A stretch of DNA of 64,000 bases from an uncultured Hormoscilla sp. (GTDB lineage: Bacteria > Cyanobacteriota > Cyanobacteriia > Cyanobacteriales > Desertifilaceae): assembly GCA_963921275.4 (NCBI GenBank), contig OZ001293.3, positions 32,001-96,000 of the forward strand, read 5' to 3'. A program made the position numbers and the translations under genes. How positions within the stretch are numbered: position 1 is the stretch's first letter; every line of letters begins with the position of its first letter. This document shows, in pieces, positions 44,776-54,449 of the stretch. The notes below the pieces were generated by a model that saw only the letters and a program-made list of their open reading frames with translations, did not search any database and was not told the DNA's origin.

Positions 44776-47446
44776 ATGGAGAAAAAGAAAGTGCATGCTA
44801 CCCAACCAGTTGAGAGCCAAATCAGGATCGCCGAACAGAATGACTACTTGGTAGATCGCATCGGTGGCTATTTACCTGTTCTAGAAGTTCCTTTAGATTA
44901 TCCTAGATCGCCGGCGTCAACCCATTTCCGGGCCACAGAAGCTATTGAAATAGATCGCAAGCTATGTTTAGAACTAGAAAAACTTCTGCGTATAGTTCGG
45001 GAAAAATCGGAAAAAGTGACCGCGTTCGCGGTCATACTTGCAGCATTTAAGGTTGTTTGGCACTGCTATACCGGGGTAGAAGATATTGTGGTGGGTGGAC
45101 TAGCTGTAGGGAATCAGGGAGAGACAAAGGGAAAAAAAATCGCTATTGACCGGGATAAATCGGTAAATATATTAGCCCTGCGCACGAAGATAACGGGCAA
45201 TCCAACGGTAGCAGAGTTGGTCGATCGGGTGGCAAAAACAGTAGAAGAGGCCCAAGCTGCTAGAGATTACCCGATCGAGCAGCTATGGTCTGAAATAGAT
45301 AGGGACAATCTTGAAGTTAGTTATCAAAAAGTGGCACAGATGGCGCGGGTAATTTTGGTGGAGTGCGAACCGTTCCGGAAAAATCGGACAGAGACGCAAG
45401 CAACCAAGACATTGTCAGAGGCAATTGCCGAGGTAGAAAAAAAGGGTGATAATTTGATTCTAGTGCTGTACGATAGTACAACCGCTGGGAATTTAACAAT
45501 AGAGTGCCAATACAATGGTGGTTTATTTGACTCGGGAACGATCGCACGCATGTTGGGGCATCTCCAGACGGTGCTTGAGGGCATGGTAGCATCTCCAGAA
45601 CAGCAGCTCGCGAAGTTGCCCCTATTAACTCCAGCAGAACGGCAGCAACTATTGGTGGAGTGGAACCAGACTCAGCAAGACTACCCCCGGACTCAATGCA
45701 TTCATCAGTTATTTGAAGAGCAAGTTGACCGCACGCCTGACAAGGTAGCGGTATCGTTTAAAGGGGAGAGTCTGACCTACAACTCACTGAATAAACGCGC
45801 CAATCAACTGGCTAATTATCTGCGTACTCTCGGAGTAGGTCCGGAAGTCCTTGTTGGTCTATGGGTCGATCGCTCTTTAGAGATGTTAGTCGGACTGCTG
45901 GGTATCCTCAAAGCTGGTGGGGGTTACGTACCTCTGGATCCCGCCTATCCCCAAGAACGTTTGACCTACATGTTGTCCGATGCGGCAGCGATGCCTGAGG
46001 GTTTTTTGCCATGCATCCCGAAGGCATCGAAACCAGTGGTATTGACTCAACAGCATTTGCTCGCCCATCAAAAGGTGCTCAAAGATAAAGAGATTCGCGT
46101 GGTCTGTTTGGATAGGGATTGGGATGAAATAGCCTCCCAGAGCGATCTCCCTCCGGAAACAGCCGTCAAACCAGATAACTCGGCCTATACTATCTACACA
46201 TCCGGGTCTACGGGCAAACCCAAGGGGTGCAAATAGAACACCGGTCGGCGGTCAACTTCTTGACCGCCATGAGCCAGCGACCGGGATTGACAGAGCATGA
46301 CATACTGCTGGCAGTTACGACTATATCTTTTGACATTGCAGGACTAGAACTCTACTTGCCCCTGATAGTGGGGGCTCAGGTAGCGATCGCCTCCCAGGAA
46401 GTAGGCTCGGAAGGGCAAGTTCTAGCGGAACTAATAGAGGAGTCCGGGGCGACGGTTATGCAAGCTACTCCGGCCACTTGGTATCTGCTCCTGGCATCCG
46501 GATGGAAAGGTAAGTCAGGTCTGAAAATTCTCTCTGGGGGCGAAGCTTTGCCCCAAGCATTGGCCGATCGCCTGCTAGAAACAGGGGCTCATCTGTGGAA
46601 TCTCTACGGACCGACTGAAGCTACGATCTGGTCAACCCTGTACGAGATGGGCAAAGGTCGGCGTTCCGATCGCGTAGCGTGCGCGCAGCGCAATCCAGGC
46701 CAGTCAGATGTTAGCCACGGGATCCGGGACACCCCTTTATCCGTTGGCACCCCGATCGCCAATACCCAAATCTATATTCTGGACGAGCATCTTCAACCCG
46801 TTCCCATCGGTGTGGCTGGGGAGCTGTATATAGGGGGAGCCGGTCTAGCTCGGGGCTATCGCAATCGTCCCGACTTGACGGCAGCACAATTTATTCCCAA
46901 TCCCTTTGCGGCAGGACGACTCTATAAAACAGGAGATCTGGCTCGCTATTTAGCCAATGGTGATATATTACTTCTCGGTCGCATCGACTATCAGGTGAAG
47001 GTACGCGGCTTTCGCATAGAACTCGGAGAAATCGAAGCGGTTTTGAACCGACATCCTGGGGTGCATCAGGGCGTAGTCGTAGCCGCGCGTTCCAATGTTC
47101 GTAGTAAACACTTTAGTGTTTCCGAAAGTGTTTCCGAAAGTGCTTCCCACCGAAAATTGTTTGAGGCGGATAAGCGTCTAGTAGCTTACGTCGTCCCCGA
47201 CCCAGACTACCAGGGCAGCGACGCCGGAGAAGCGGAAGCCTCCGAAAAGCAAATCTCCCAATGGCAGGAACTGTGGGATCTAGCCTATAGCCAAGAAGAT
47301 AATAGTGAGTCGGATCCAACTTTGAATATTAGCGGTTGGAACGATAGCTATACAGCGAGCAAGATTTCAGCAGAGCAAATGCGCGAGTGGGTCGAAGGAA
47401 CGGTGTCCCGAATTCTGGACCTCTCACCGCAGCGGGTACTCCCCAA
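44776..47446 (+). pseudogene. NRPS module: partial C domain, A domain and start of an embedded methyltransferase; frameshifted and truncated
   Basis: YTSGSTGKPKG / NLYGPTE, YKTGDL, GRIDYQVKVRGFRIELGEIE and NISGWNDSYT..MREWV. Confidence 0.9.
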
Positions 47447-47465
47447 CCGATTTTTCCGGAACGGT

Positions 47466-49594
47466 GGACGCACAAACCTTAGAAGCACAAATATATTCCC
47501 ACGATCCAGAAGACCAAGTGGCCTTCCGTAACGGCACTCGCTATGTCCCCCGACTGGTCCGGAGTCCCAAGCGGGGACGCCTACCCTACAAGCAGAAAAC
47601 TCCCCTTTCTCTGGACGGCTCCTTTTTAATTACTGGCGGTTTCGGCGCTTTGGGGTTGCTGGTTGCTCGCGCGATCGCCCAATGGGGAGGCAAAAACATT
47701 GTTCTGGTAGGACGCAGGGAACCGAAACCAGAGGTCAAAGAACGGTTAAAAGCACTAGAAACTGCGGGAGTTCGGGTAACTATCTTCCAGTGCGATGTCT
47801 CCGATGCCCAGCAAGTGGCAGAGTTATTGGGGCAAATAGATCGCACTTTACCCCCCTTGCGAGGCATCGTTCATGCTGCTGGAGTGGTGGAATTCTGCGG
47901 CCTGTGGCCGCAAGACTGGACCCGCTTTGCCCGAGTGCTGGCCCCTAAGGTCCAAGGCACCTGGAATTTGCACTCCCTCACCAAAGATCGACCTTTAGAC
48001 TTCTTTGTTTGCTTCTCTTCCCTGGCCTCAATGCTTGGTTCCCACGGTTTGGCAAGCTATGGGGCCGCAAATGAATTTATGGATGCTTTGATGCATTATC
48101 GTCGTGAGCAGGGACTGCCTGGGTTGAGCATCAATTGGGGACCTTGGGCGGAAGCAGGAATGGCAAGCAAGCTAGGGTCCGACCATCAGCAGCGATTATC
48201 AGCTTGGGGACTCTCGGAGATCGTCCCCCATCGCGCTTTGGCCCTCTTGGAGCAACTCTTACAACTCGATCTCCCACAGGTGGGGGTTATGCCCGTCGAT
48301 TGGTCCAAATGGCTCCAGCAATTCCCCGCCGTCCCCCCATTTTACCAGCAAGTTGCCCCCAGTACATACCCAGCAGAAGTCGGAAATTTTGGTCGAGAAT
48401 TAGAGGCAACTCCTGTTTCCGATTTTTCCGGAACGGTGCGGCGATCGCTCCTACTGTCACATGTGAAGAAATTAGTGGCGAAAACCCTGGGATTAAAGGA
48501 TGCTGACCAAATCATGCAAGATGCCCAGTTCGCGGATCTGGGACTTGATTATTTGATGGCAATGGAGTTGCGCAACGATCTGCAATCCAGTTTGGGATTT
48601 TCCCGGTCTTCCACCTTTCTCTTTAAGTATCCTACCTTGGCTGAGTTGGTGGATTATTTGGAGCGAGATGTCCTGGGTTTAGTGAGGGAAGTTCCCCGAT
48701 CCTCCTCTAATGACCCCGATCGCTCTACAGTGGTGCCCATTCAGCCCCTTGGTTCCGGGCCTAATTTGTTCTTTCTGCCCGGTATTTTGGGCAGCGTTTT
48801 CGACCTCTATCCCTTGGCCAAATATTTGGGTCGCAAACGCCCCTTTTTCGGACTGCGATCGCTCGGCACCGATGCCGACGAACTGCCCTTCCAGACCATG
48901 GCAGACATTGCCGCCCATGATATCAAATCCATCCAAGCAGTTCAGCCTCACGGGCCATACTTCCTTGGCGGTCATTCCTTCGGCGGCAAAGTCGCTTTTG
49001 AAATGGCTCAACAGTTGCGATCGCAAGGTGAGGAAGTTTCATTCTTAGCGATGATGGACATCCAGGTCGGCATTCCCGAACCGGAAAAAGATGCGATTTC
49101 ATGGGATATGACCCAATGTCTTGCCAACCTAGCCAGTATCTATAACGGCATTTTAGGAAAAGATTTGGGGGTACAGTCTGAGACTCTCCAACTTCTCGAT
49201 GCTGACGAGCAGCTAGACTATTTCCGAATGGTCTTGAAAATGGCCGGTCAGCCATTGCCTTCCCAGGCGATCGCCAGGGAACGAGCTGATTTGCAGCGCC
49301 TTATAGAAGTTTACAAGGCCAATACCCAAGCTAGCGTTCGATACCTGATACAGGATAGCCATCCGATGGAGATGATTCTATTGAGAGCTAGCTACTGAGG
49401 TGGGAGCCTTGGGAAATTATCTTCCCGATGAGGCAACTACCCAGGCAGACCCCACTTGGGGATGGTCGCGGGTGACTTCTCTTGGAGTTCAGTTGGAATT
49501 GGTCCCGGGAAACCATTTTACTATGCTCGCTGAACCCCATGTTCGGGTTTTAGCCGAACGCTTGCAATTTTTCCTCGAACAGGTAAACGAATGA
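47466..49594 (+). pseudogene. Terminal PKS fragment: KR-ACP-thioesterase
   Basis: LITGGFGALG, SYGAAN, ACP GLDYL (Ser lost), TE GHSFG, and PGNHFTM in a shifted frame. Confidence 0.9.
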
Positions 49595-49892
49595 TGGGCT
49601 CTTCCTGAAAACCGGGCTCCCAAGAAACCGGGTTTCACCCGTTCGCGTAGCGTGCGCGCAGCGCAATCGCTTTTGCCTCAGCACCGATAGCTAGTATCAG
49701 AAACCCGGTTTCTGGCGGAGGATGGGATATTCCTGGAAACCGGACAAGAAACCGGGTTTCTGGGTACTCAATAACACACCGCCGGGGCACGGCATCAGTT
49801 AATTATCGGGTTATCCGGTGGATTATTGGATGCCGTGCCCCTACCGGAAATCCTTTTACAATTCACCATTGACCATTGACCATTCACTAACC

Positions 49893-50278
49893 TCAGCGCA
49901 ACCCCGCACAGGTGAATGCTGCCCAGTAATTCGGTGAAGCAAAGGGCAACTCTTTTTGACAATATTCCTCCAAAATCCTTCGGGAATTGTCGATCCTGTT
50001 GGCTATTTTAGCACGCTCGTTGTATTCTTCATGCAAACGCTGGTATTCTGAGGAATCTTTGGCACAGGCATCTCGCCGTTTCTTCACTGACTTGCGTGCT
50101 GCTTCCGCCTGTTTTAATTTCTCCTTCAGCATGGGTTCGATTTTGGGTTTGTATTCTGCGGACAATTCCTGGCCAGTCAGGTGACGCAGCAGAACTTGTG
50201 CTTCACGCAAGGCTGAGGGGCGATTTTTGCCCTGCTGCCGCTGCTGATAATAGAAGATGCAAAACATCGCTGTGGCTA
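49893..50278 (-). pseudogene. C-terminal remnant of a CHAT-domain protein
   Basis: ATAMFCIFYY..ALREAQ..PFASPNYWAAFTCAG. Confidence 0.8.
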
Positions 50279-50514
50279 TGATGTCTCATTGGCTTGACTG
50301 CTGCTTTCAATATATCTCATCTCTTGCGCTATTGCCTGGTTTCCCTGTTCTCCCCTCTGGAGTCTGTCCGACGGGTTGCCACTCACAGCAGGGCAACCAG
50401 AGTACCGGTTCCACCCCTGCCCGAATCGGGCCACGGCTTGCATGACAATAATCCTAGCACTCAATATATAATAATGGAGAACTTGTGTTGCGCCCATACC
50501 CAGATTCTGATATT

Positions 50515-50946
50515 CTAGCTTTCCGATGGTGGATGAATACCAGCCATCACCAATAGGCGACGCAAGTTAACAACACCTGTTCTGTTCAAACGGAGAGATT
50601 GAACTGAGGCTCGACCACAAGGTGTTTTTCCCATGACATAAGTGAAATCATCGCTCCAGCTAAAATGCTCTGTCCCAACTTGTTGACGAGGGTTAAACAG
50701 AGCCACTTCTTCATTTGTTTCTGGATCGACATCGTGGGTTTTGGCATGTTTGTAGCTGTTACAACCAACACAAGCCCAGGCTAAATTGTCTAATCTGGTT
50801 TCACCACCTGCTGCACGGGGGATTATATGGTCAACAGTGAAACTCTTAAGAGCAAAGTCACCAGGACTGCGGCAATACTCGCAGTAATTTTTGGCTCGGA
50901 TGGAAACCGCTCGTCTAATGGCAGGTGTAATATTATCGGATGGCAT
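50515..50946 (-). CDS. HNH endonuclease
   Basis: CEYC, VDHIIPRAAGG, NLAWACVGCN and LFNPR. Confidence 0.92.
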   Translation of the reverse strand: MPSDNITPAIRRAVSIRAKNYCEYCRSPGDFALKSFTVDHIIPRAAGGETRLDNLAWACVGCNSYKHAKTHDVDPETNEEVALFNPRQQVGTEHFSWSDDFTYVMGKTPCGRASVQSLRLNRTGVVNLRRLLVMAGIHPPSES

Positions 50947-50951
50947 TGGCT

Positions 50952-51329
50952 TTATTCAGATTTTAACTCGCTCATCAAAGTCACCAGATCGACCTTGCGA
51001 ATTTTCGCCAATTCCATCAATGCTGCGACTCTTTGCACATTTTGATGTTCTACCCGTTCTATGGCTGTTAATAATTCATTATATTCTGCCTCACTTAACT
51101 CGCCCCATTCATTGCGATCGTCCAATTCCTCCAGTCGAGCTTCTTCTTCTGGTGGTAGTCGGCGCTGAACTATTTCCAGCAACTCTCTTTCTTCAAGGGA
51201 GGGTGTTTCTTCTCCTGTTTTACGATCGTTCCCGAACAAAGATTCGAGCAATTCAACCGCTTCAACTAATCTTTCTTGTGGCAAATTTTCCAATAACTCG
51301 ATAGCTCTTTGGCGAATTTCCGTTTCCAT
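50952..51329 (-). CDS. Acidic helical partner of the HNH nuclease (antitoxin-like)
   Basis: 125-aa ORF 5 bp upstream of HNH; LSEAEYNELL..RVAALMELAKIR. Confidence 0.75.
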   Translation of the reverse strand: METEIRQRAIELLENLPQERLVEAVELLESLFGNDRKTGEETPSLEERELLEIVQRRLPPEEEARLEELDDRNEWGELSEAEYNELLTAIERVEHQNVQRVAALMELAKIRKVDLVTLMSELKSE

Positions 51330-51359
51330 ATTTTCTGCCCTGTCTCCTTCTATTCTCTT

Positions 51360-51461
51360 CAGGTCTTAGTTCCCTTGCAATATCTAGGTTTCCTGTCCCC
51401 TGGGGCGAGCGATCGGGGTTTTAATCAGTTCCAGATAGGCAGAGGGGCGTTGTTCGTTCAT
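51360..51461 (-). pseudogene. N-terminal remnant of a TPR/CHAT gene
   Basis: MNEQRPSAYLELI..GQET*ILQGN*DL resembles cyanobacterial TPR-CHAT N-termini. Confidence 0.55.
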
Positions 51462-51648
51462 GGTTGATGTCTCAATAGGGTAGACTGCTGCTTCAAGTAT
51501 ATGACACATTTTGTGCTATTGCCTGGTGGAGCAGTTCACCGACCAGTCGGCTAGGAGGCGCATTCCCACCCACAGGATGGCAACCAGAGTACCGGTTCCA
51601 CCCGTGGGCCAAATAGCCTCCATCAGGTGATTCCCCGGAGGTTGGCCC

Positions 51649-51860
51649 AAAAGCAGCACTAGGTTTTCCCAAAAGCAGCACTAGGGTTGGTGGAAAAGCA
51701 GCACTAGGTTATCGGGAGCAACAGCACTATGTTTTATGGAAAAACAGCACTATGTTTTATGGAGTAACAGCACTATCTTATTTGGAGTAACAGCACTATG
51801 TTTTATGGAGTAACAGCACTATCTTATTTGGAGTAACAGCACTATCTTATTGGGAACAGC
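51649..51860. repeat. 22-23-bp tandem repeat array (core CAGCACTA, about 9 units)
   Basis: Units grade from AAAAGCAGCACTAGG to AGTAACAGCACTATC. Confidence 0.85.
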
Positions 51861-51974
51861 GCCTGGTGGCGGCCACTGCACCAGGATAACCTCCCCTGGC
51901 GCAAAGCCCGAGATCGCGGCTTGCATGACTTTCCTCAGGGCACACAACATATAATGAGGGACAAACTCTGTTGA

Positions 51975-52072
51975 GGCTAGGGCCCAACTACTCCGAAGCT
52001 AGGGGCCAACTACTCTGAAGCGGAAGGCCAACTACTCTGAAGCGGAAGGCTAACTGCTCTGAAGCGGAAGGC
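51975..52072. repeat. About 21-bp tandem repeat (GAAGCGGAAGGCCAACTACTCT x4-5)
   Basis: Read directly from the sequence. Confidence 0.75.
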
Positions 52073-52173
52073 ACCCTCTAAACAAGGGATAGGGCGATTT
52101 TACCGCTCTCATGACTAACTCGAACTTAGTGACGAGCAAGTTTAGACGAGACTGGTGGCCCGAGATGTATATA

Positions 52174-53185
52174 ACTCAAGTTACGACCTATAAAAATTGG
52201 ATACAAAAAGCTATGATAAAGAGAATTATTTTCAACTCTAATCCCTTAGATGTAACAGCATGAATTGACTTGGGAAACAAATTTGTGATTCGACTAAAAC
52301 AGGTTTCAACTTGTTTTCTTGTTACTTTTTGTATATATTCAAAACAAGAAGATTCTTTTCTTTTTGAGTTTTTTTTTCGCAAAGGTTTTAACATTATACT
52401 TGACGACTCTTTTAGTAAATCCTCTAATTGATAATCATTATAAGCTTTATCTCCATAAACTATTGAATTTGATGGTAAGTCAAAGCCAAAAGATTGCAAA
52501 ACTTTAACATCATTATAACTACCAGGATCTAGATAAAATTCTATTGGCTTTCCATTTTTGTTTACCAACATATGAACTCTTAATCCATAAAAATAACGTT
52601 TTTTACTGGCAATATACCCTCGATATTCTTCCTTGTTATAAATTTGGCATCTATCAATCCTAATATTATCACATACTGGCACCGGGAAACTATCAAGAAT
52701 ATATTCTTGACCCGGATTGAGCTCTTTAAATGTTTGAGCTATAACTTGGAAAAAAAACATCCAAATTAGTTCGTCAATATTGTGTAATCGACGATTGAAC
52801 CTACTTTTACTTAACAGATTTTTTATATACTTGTGTTGGACCATAAATTGACAAGAGCGATCGTGGTGTCCTCCGAAAAAATATGCAGCAACTAATCCGA
52901 CTGTCATCACTTCGGCATTGTTCATTTTTACTTGTGGATCTTCTTTTATATTTAACGCTTTTAGTAGCTCGTCACAAAGAACAAAAATTGTTGTAATCAT
53001 ATCTTCCATCATCTACATCCCCCAGCAATTAACTATTATTTTAGTACATTATAACCTATAAACAGCCAACCCGCCGTCTAGCACAAAAAAAATATAATTT
53101 TGTATCAAAAGCTACGAAATATCCCAAATATCTGTAAAGTCTAAGTGGGTAATTCATATTTTTTTTAATAGGTCGCAACTTAGGT
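52174..53185 (-). mobile_element. IS982-family element, 1012 bp
   Basis: TIRs ACTCAAGTTACGACCTAT / ACCTAAGTTGCGACCTAT; TSD TATATA. Confidence 0.92.
52188..53012 (-). CDS. IS982 DDE transposase (intact)
   Basis: SRFNRR, LDSFPVPVC, YFYGLRVH, GDKAY and RKQVET. Confidence 0.92.
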   Translation of the reverse strand: MMEDMITTIFVLCDELLKALNIKEDPQVKMNNAEVMTVGLVAAYFFGGHHDRSCQFMVQHKYIKNLLSKSRFNRRLHNIDELIWMFFFQVIAQTFKELNPGQEYILDSFPVPVCDNIRIDRCQIYNKEEYRGYIASKKRYFYGLRVHMLVNKNGKPIEFYLDPGSYNDVKVLQSFGFDLPSNSIVYGDKAYNDYQLEDLLKESSSIMLKPLRKKNSKRKESSCFEYIQKVTRKQVETCFSRITNLFPKSIHAVTSKGLELKIILFIIAFCIQFL

Positions 53186-53742
53186 TATATAGCAGATAAT
53201 TTACCCGTCAGCAGAGAAGGGCGGTCTCCAATCTGTCATGTTAGGACCGGCGATACGTAGGGACGAAGAGGAGACAAGATGCCTCGTGACATGAGCTTCC
53301 TGCTGAGTCTCCTCACAGGACTTGGGATAGCACGATTTGCGACCAGACCAGAAACCGGGGTGTGGTCAAAACCAGTTAGTATGGGATCGTCGGTACTGTA
53401 GTTCTCTACTCTATCAACTAATGCATGACCACACCCTGCGGAATGTGGGATATACTGATCGCTATGCCAAATTGTCTGACGCTCTCAAATAGTTTAACTG
53501 GGCGATCGCCCGACGGTCGAATAACCGAATTGTTGGGTTAAGCCATCCGGTTTCTCCGGCTCCCATGGGTAAGCCCCCCGGTCGCGTACAGATCTTCAAA
53601 AAGCGCAAATCGATCCCGTTCCGGGTATAATCACGAGCAAGTTTGGACGACCGTTGACTGGTGGCCCCAGATGTATATAGCAGATAATCAGTTCCGAGTA
53701 TGTACGACCGCGATCGCACATACTACTGCAAAAGGAAAGGAG

Positions 53743-53770
53743 TTGACATGGGCACCCGATCTGGTATAGT
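53743..53770 (+). promoter_or_regulatory. Sigma70-type promoter
   Basis: TTGACA-N16-TATAGT with an extended TG. Confidence 0.55.
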
Positions 53771-53801
53771 GGAAGAGACAAAAGATGTCATTAAACATCA
53801 A

Positions 53802-53886
53802 GGCTTGCAGTCGGTATAAGACCGACTCATACCGAGTTCCCTGGCTCCCGCCTGGGAACGCGGGGGTTTGAACCCCCTGCGGGCCA
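53802..53886 (+). ncRNA. tRNA-like RNA or degenerate tRNA
   Basis: 7-bp acceptor GGCTTGC/GCGGGCC+A stacked on T-arm GGGGG-TTTGAAC-CCCCT; the central arms are non-canonical. Confidence 0.5.
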
Positions 53887-53921
53887 ACAGCGAAGTGAAG
53901 GAATTACAGGACAAGAAATGA

Positions 53922-54446
53922 TTGGTCAATAGGAGGTATGATAGGAGGTATGAACTGTTTGAGACAGTAGAGATACATGCCCCCAATGGTCAAATAATCC
54001 TCTGCGCTCAAAAGGATTCTGTTTTAGTGCCGATCGCCAAAGTTGCTACTTATGGGATGGGCAAGGTGGCAATGTATCCTGAGTCGGAGTTGCGACAACT
54101 CCAGCAAATGAAACAAAATGATCGCAAGTTGTTCGATCGAAATCCTGGGAATGAACAAAGGTTACGTCATCTGAAAAAGTTAAGGCATAACTACGAACGT
54201 TCTCAATCAATGCTTAAATCATTCATTGCGATCGGCTTTACTGATTCTGATAGTGACATCAATAATATTGTCTACCACTTGCTTAATGTTGGTAAATCAG
54301 TTACAATTGATAATCGGCTAGATTATCCTAGCGACCTAGAAGCACCAAATGGTACTCTCAAGATTAGGAGTACATGGAGGATCCTATCAGATGGGAGGAA
54401 ATATTTATCAACGCTCAATTGTATTCCCAGCAGTAAAGGAGGGTAA
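53922..54446 (+). CDS. Hypothetical protein, possible nuclease-toxin domain
   Basis: Basic 174-aa ORF ending in beta strands (..KIRSTWRILSDGRKYLSTLNCIP), coupled to the next gene. Confidence 0.6.
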   Translation: MVNRRYDRRYELFETVEIHAPNGQIILCAQKDSVLVPIAKVATYGMGKVAMYPESELRQLQQMKQNDRKLFDRNPGNEQRLRHLKKLRHNYERSQSMLKSFIAIGFTDSDSDINNIVYHLLNVGKSVTIDNRLDYPSDLEAPNGTLKIRSTWRILSDGRKYLSTLNCIPSSKGG

Positions 54447-54449
54447 GTT

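Larger units (their letters stand above)
43481..45058 (+). repeat. 314-bp direct repeats (43481-43794 and 44745-45058; NRPS promoter and 5' end) flanking a 950-bp insert
   Basis: Near-identical sequence and translation (MEKKKVHATQPVESQ..AAFKVV). Confidence 0.92.

Noticed and set aside
50276..51681. Two small ORFs sharing GWNRYSGC as RiPP precursors
   Set aside because: The similarity is better explained by a duplicated non-coding leader of CHAT genes; the ORFs do not align elsewhere and no modifying enzymes are adjacent.
51649..51860. Possible CRISPR or mini-array next to the HNH gene
   Set aside because: The period is only 22-23 bp and the variable parts are re-used, so this is a tandem repeat.
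53802..53886. Functional tRNA-Met or tRNA-Sec
   Set aside because: There is no canonical D or anticodon arm and the T-loop is TTT rather than TTC; kept only as tRNA-like.
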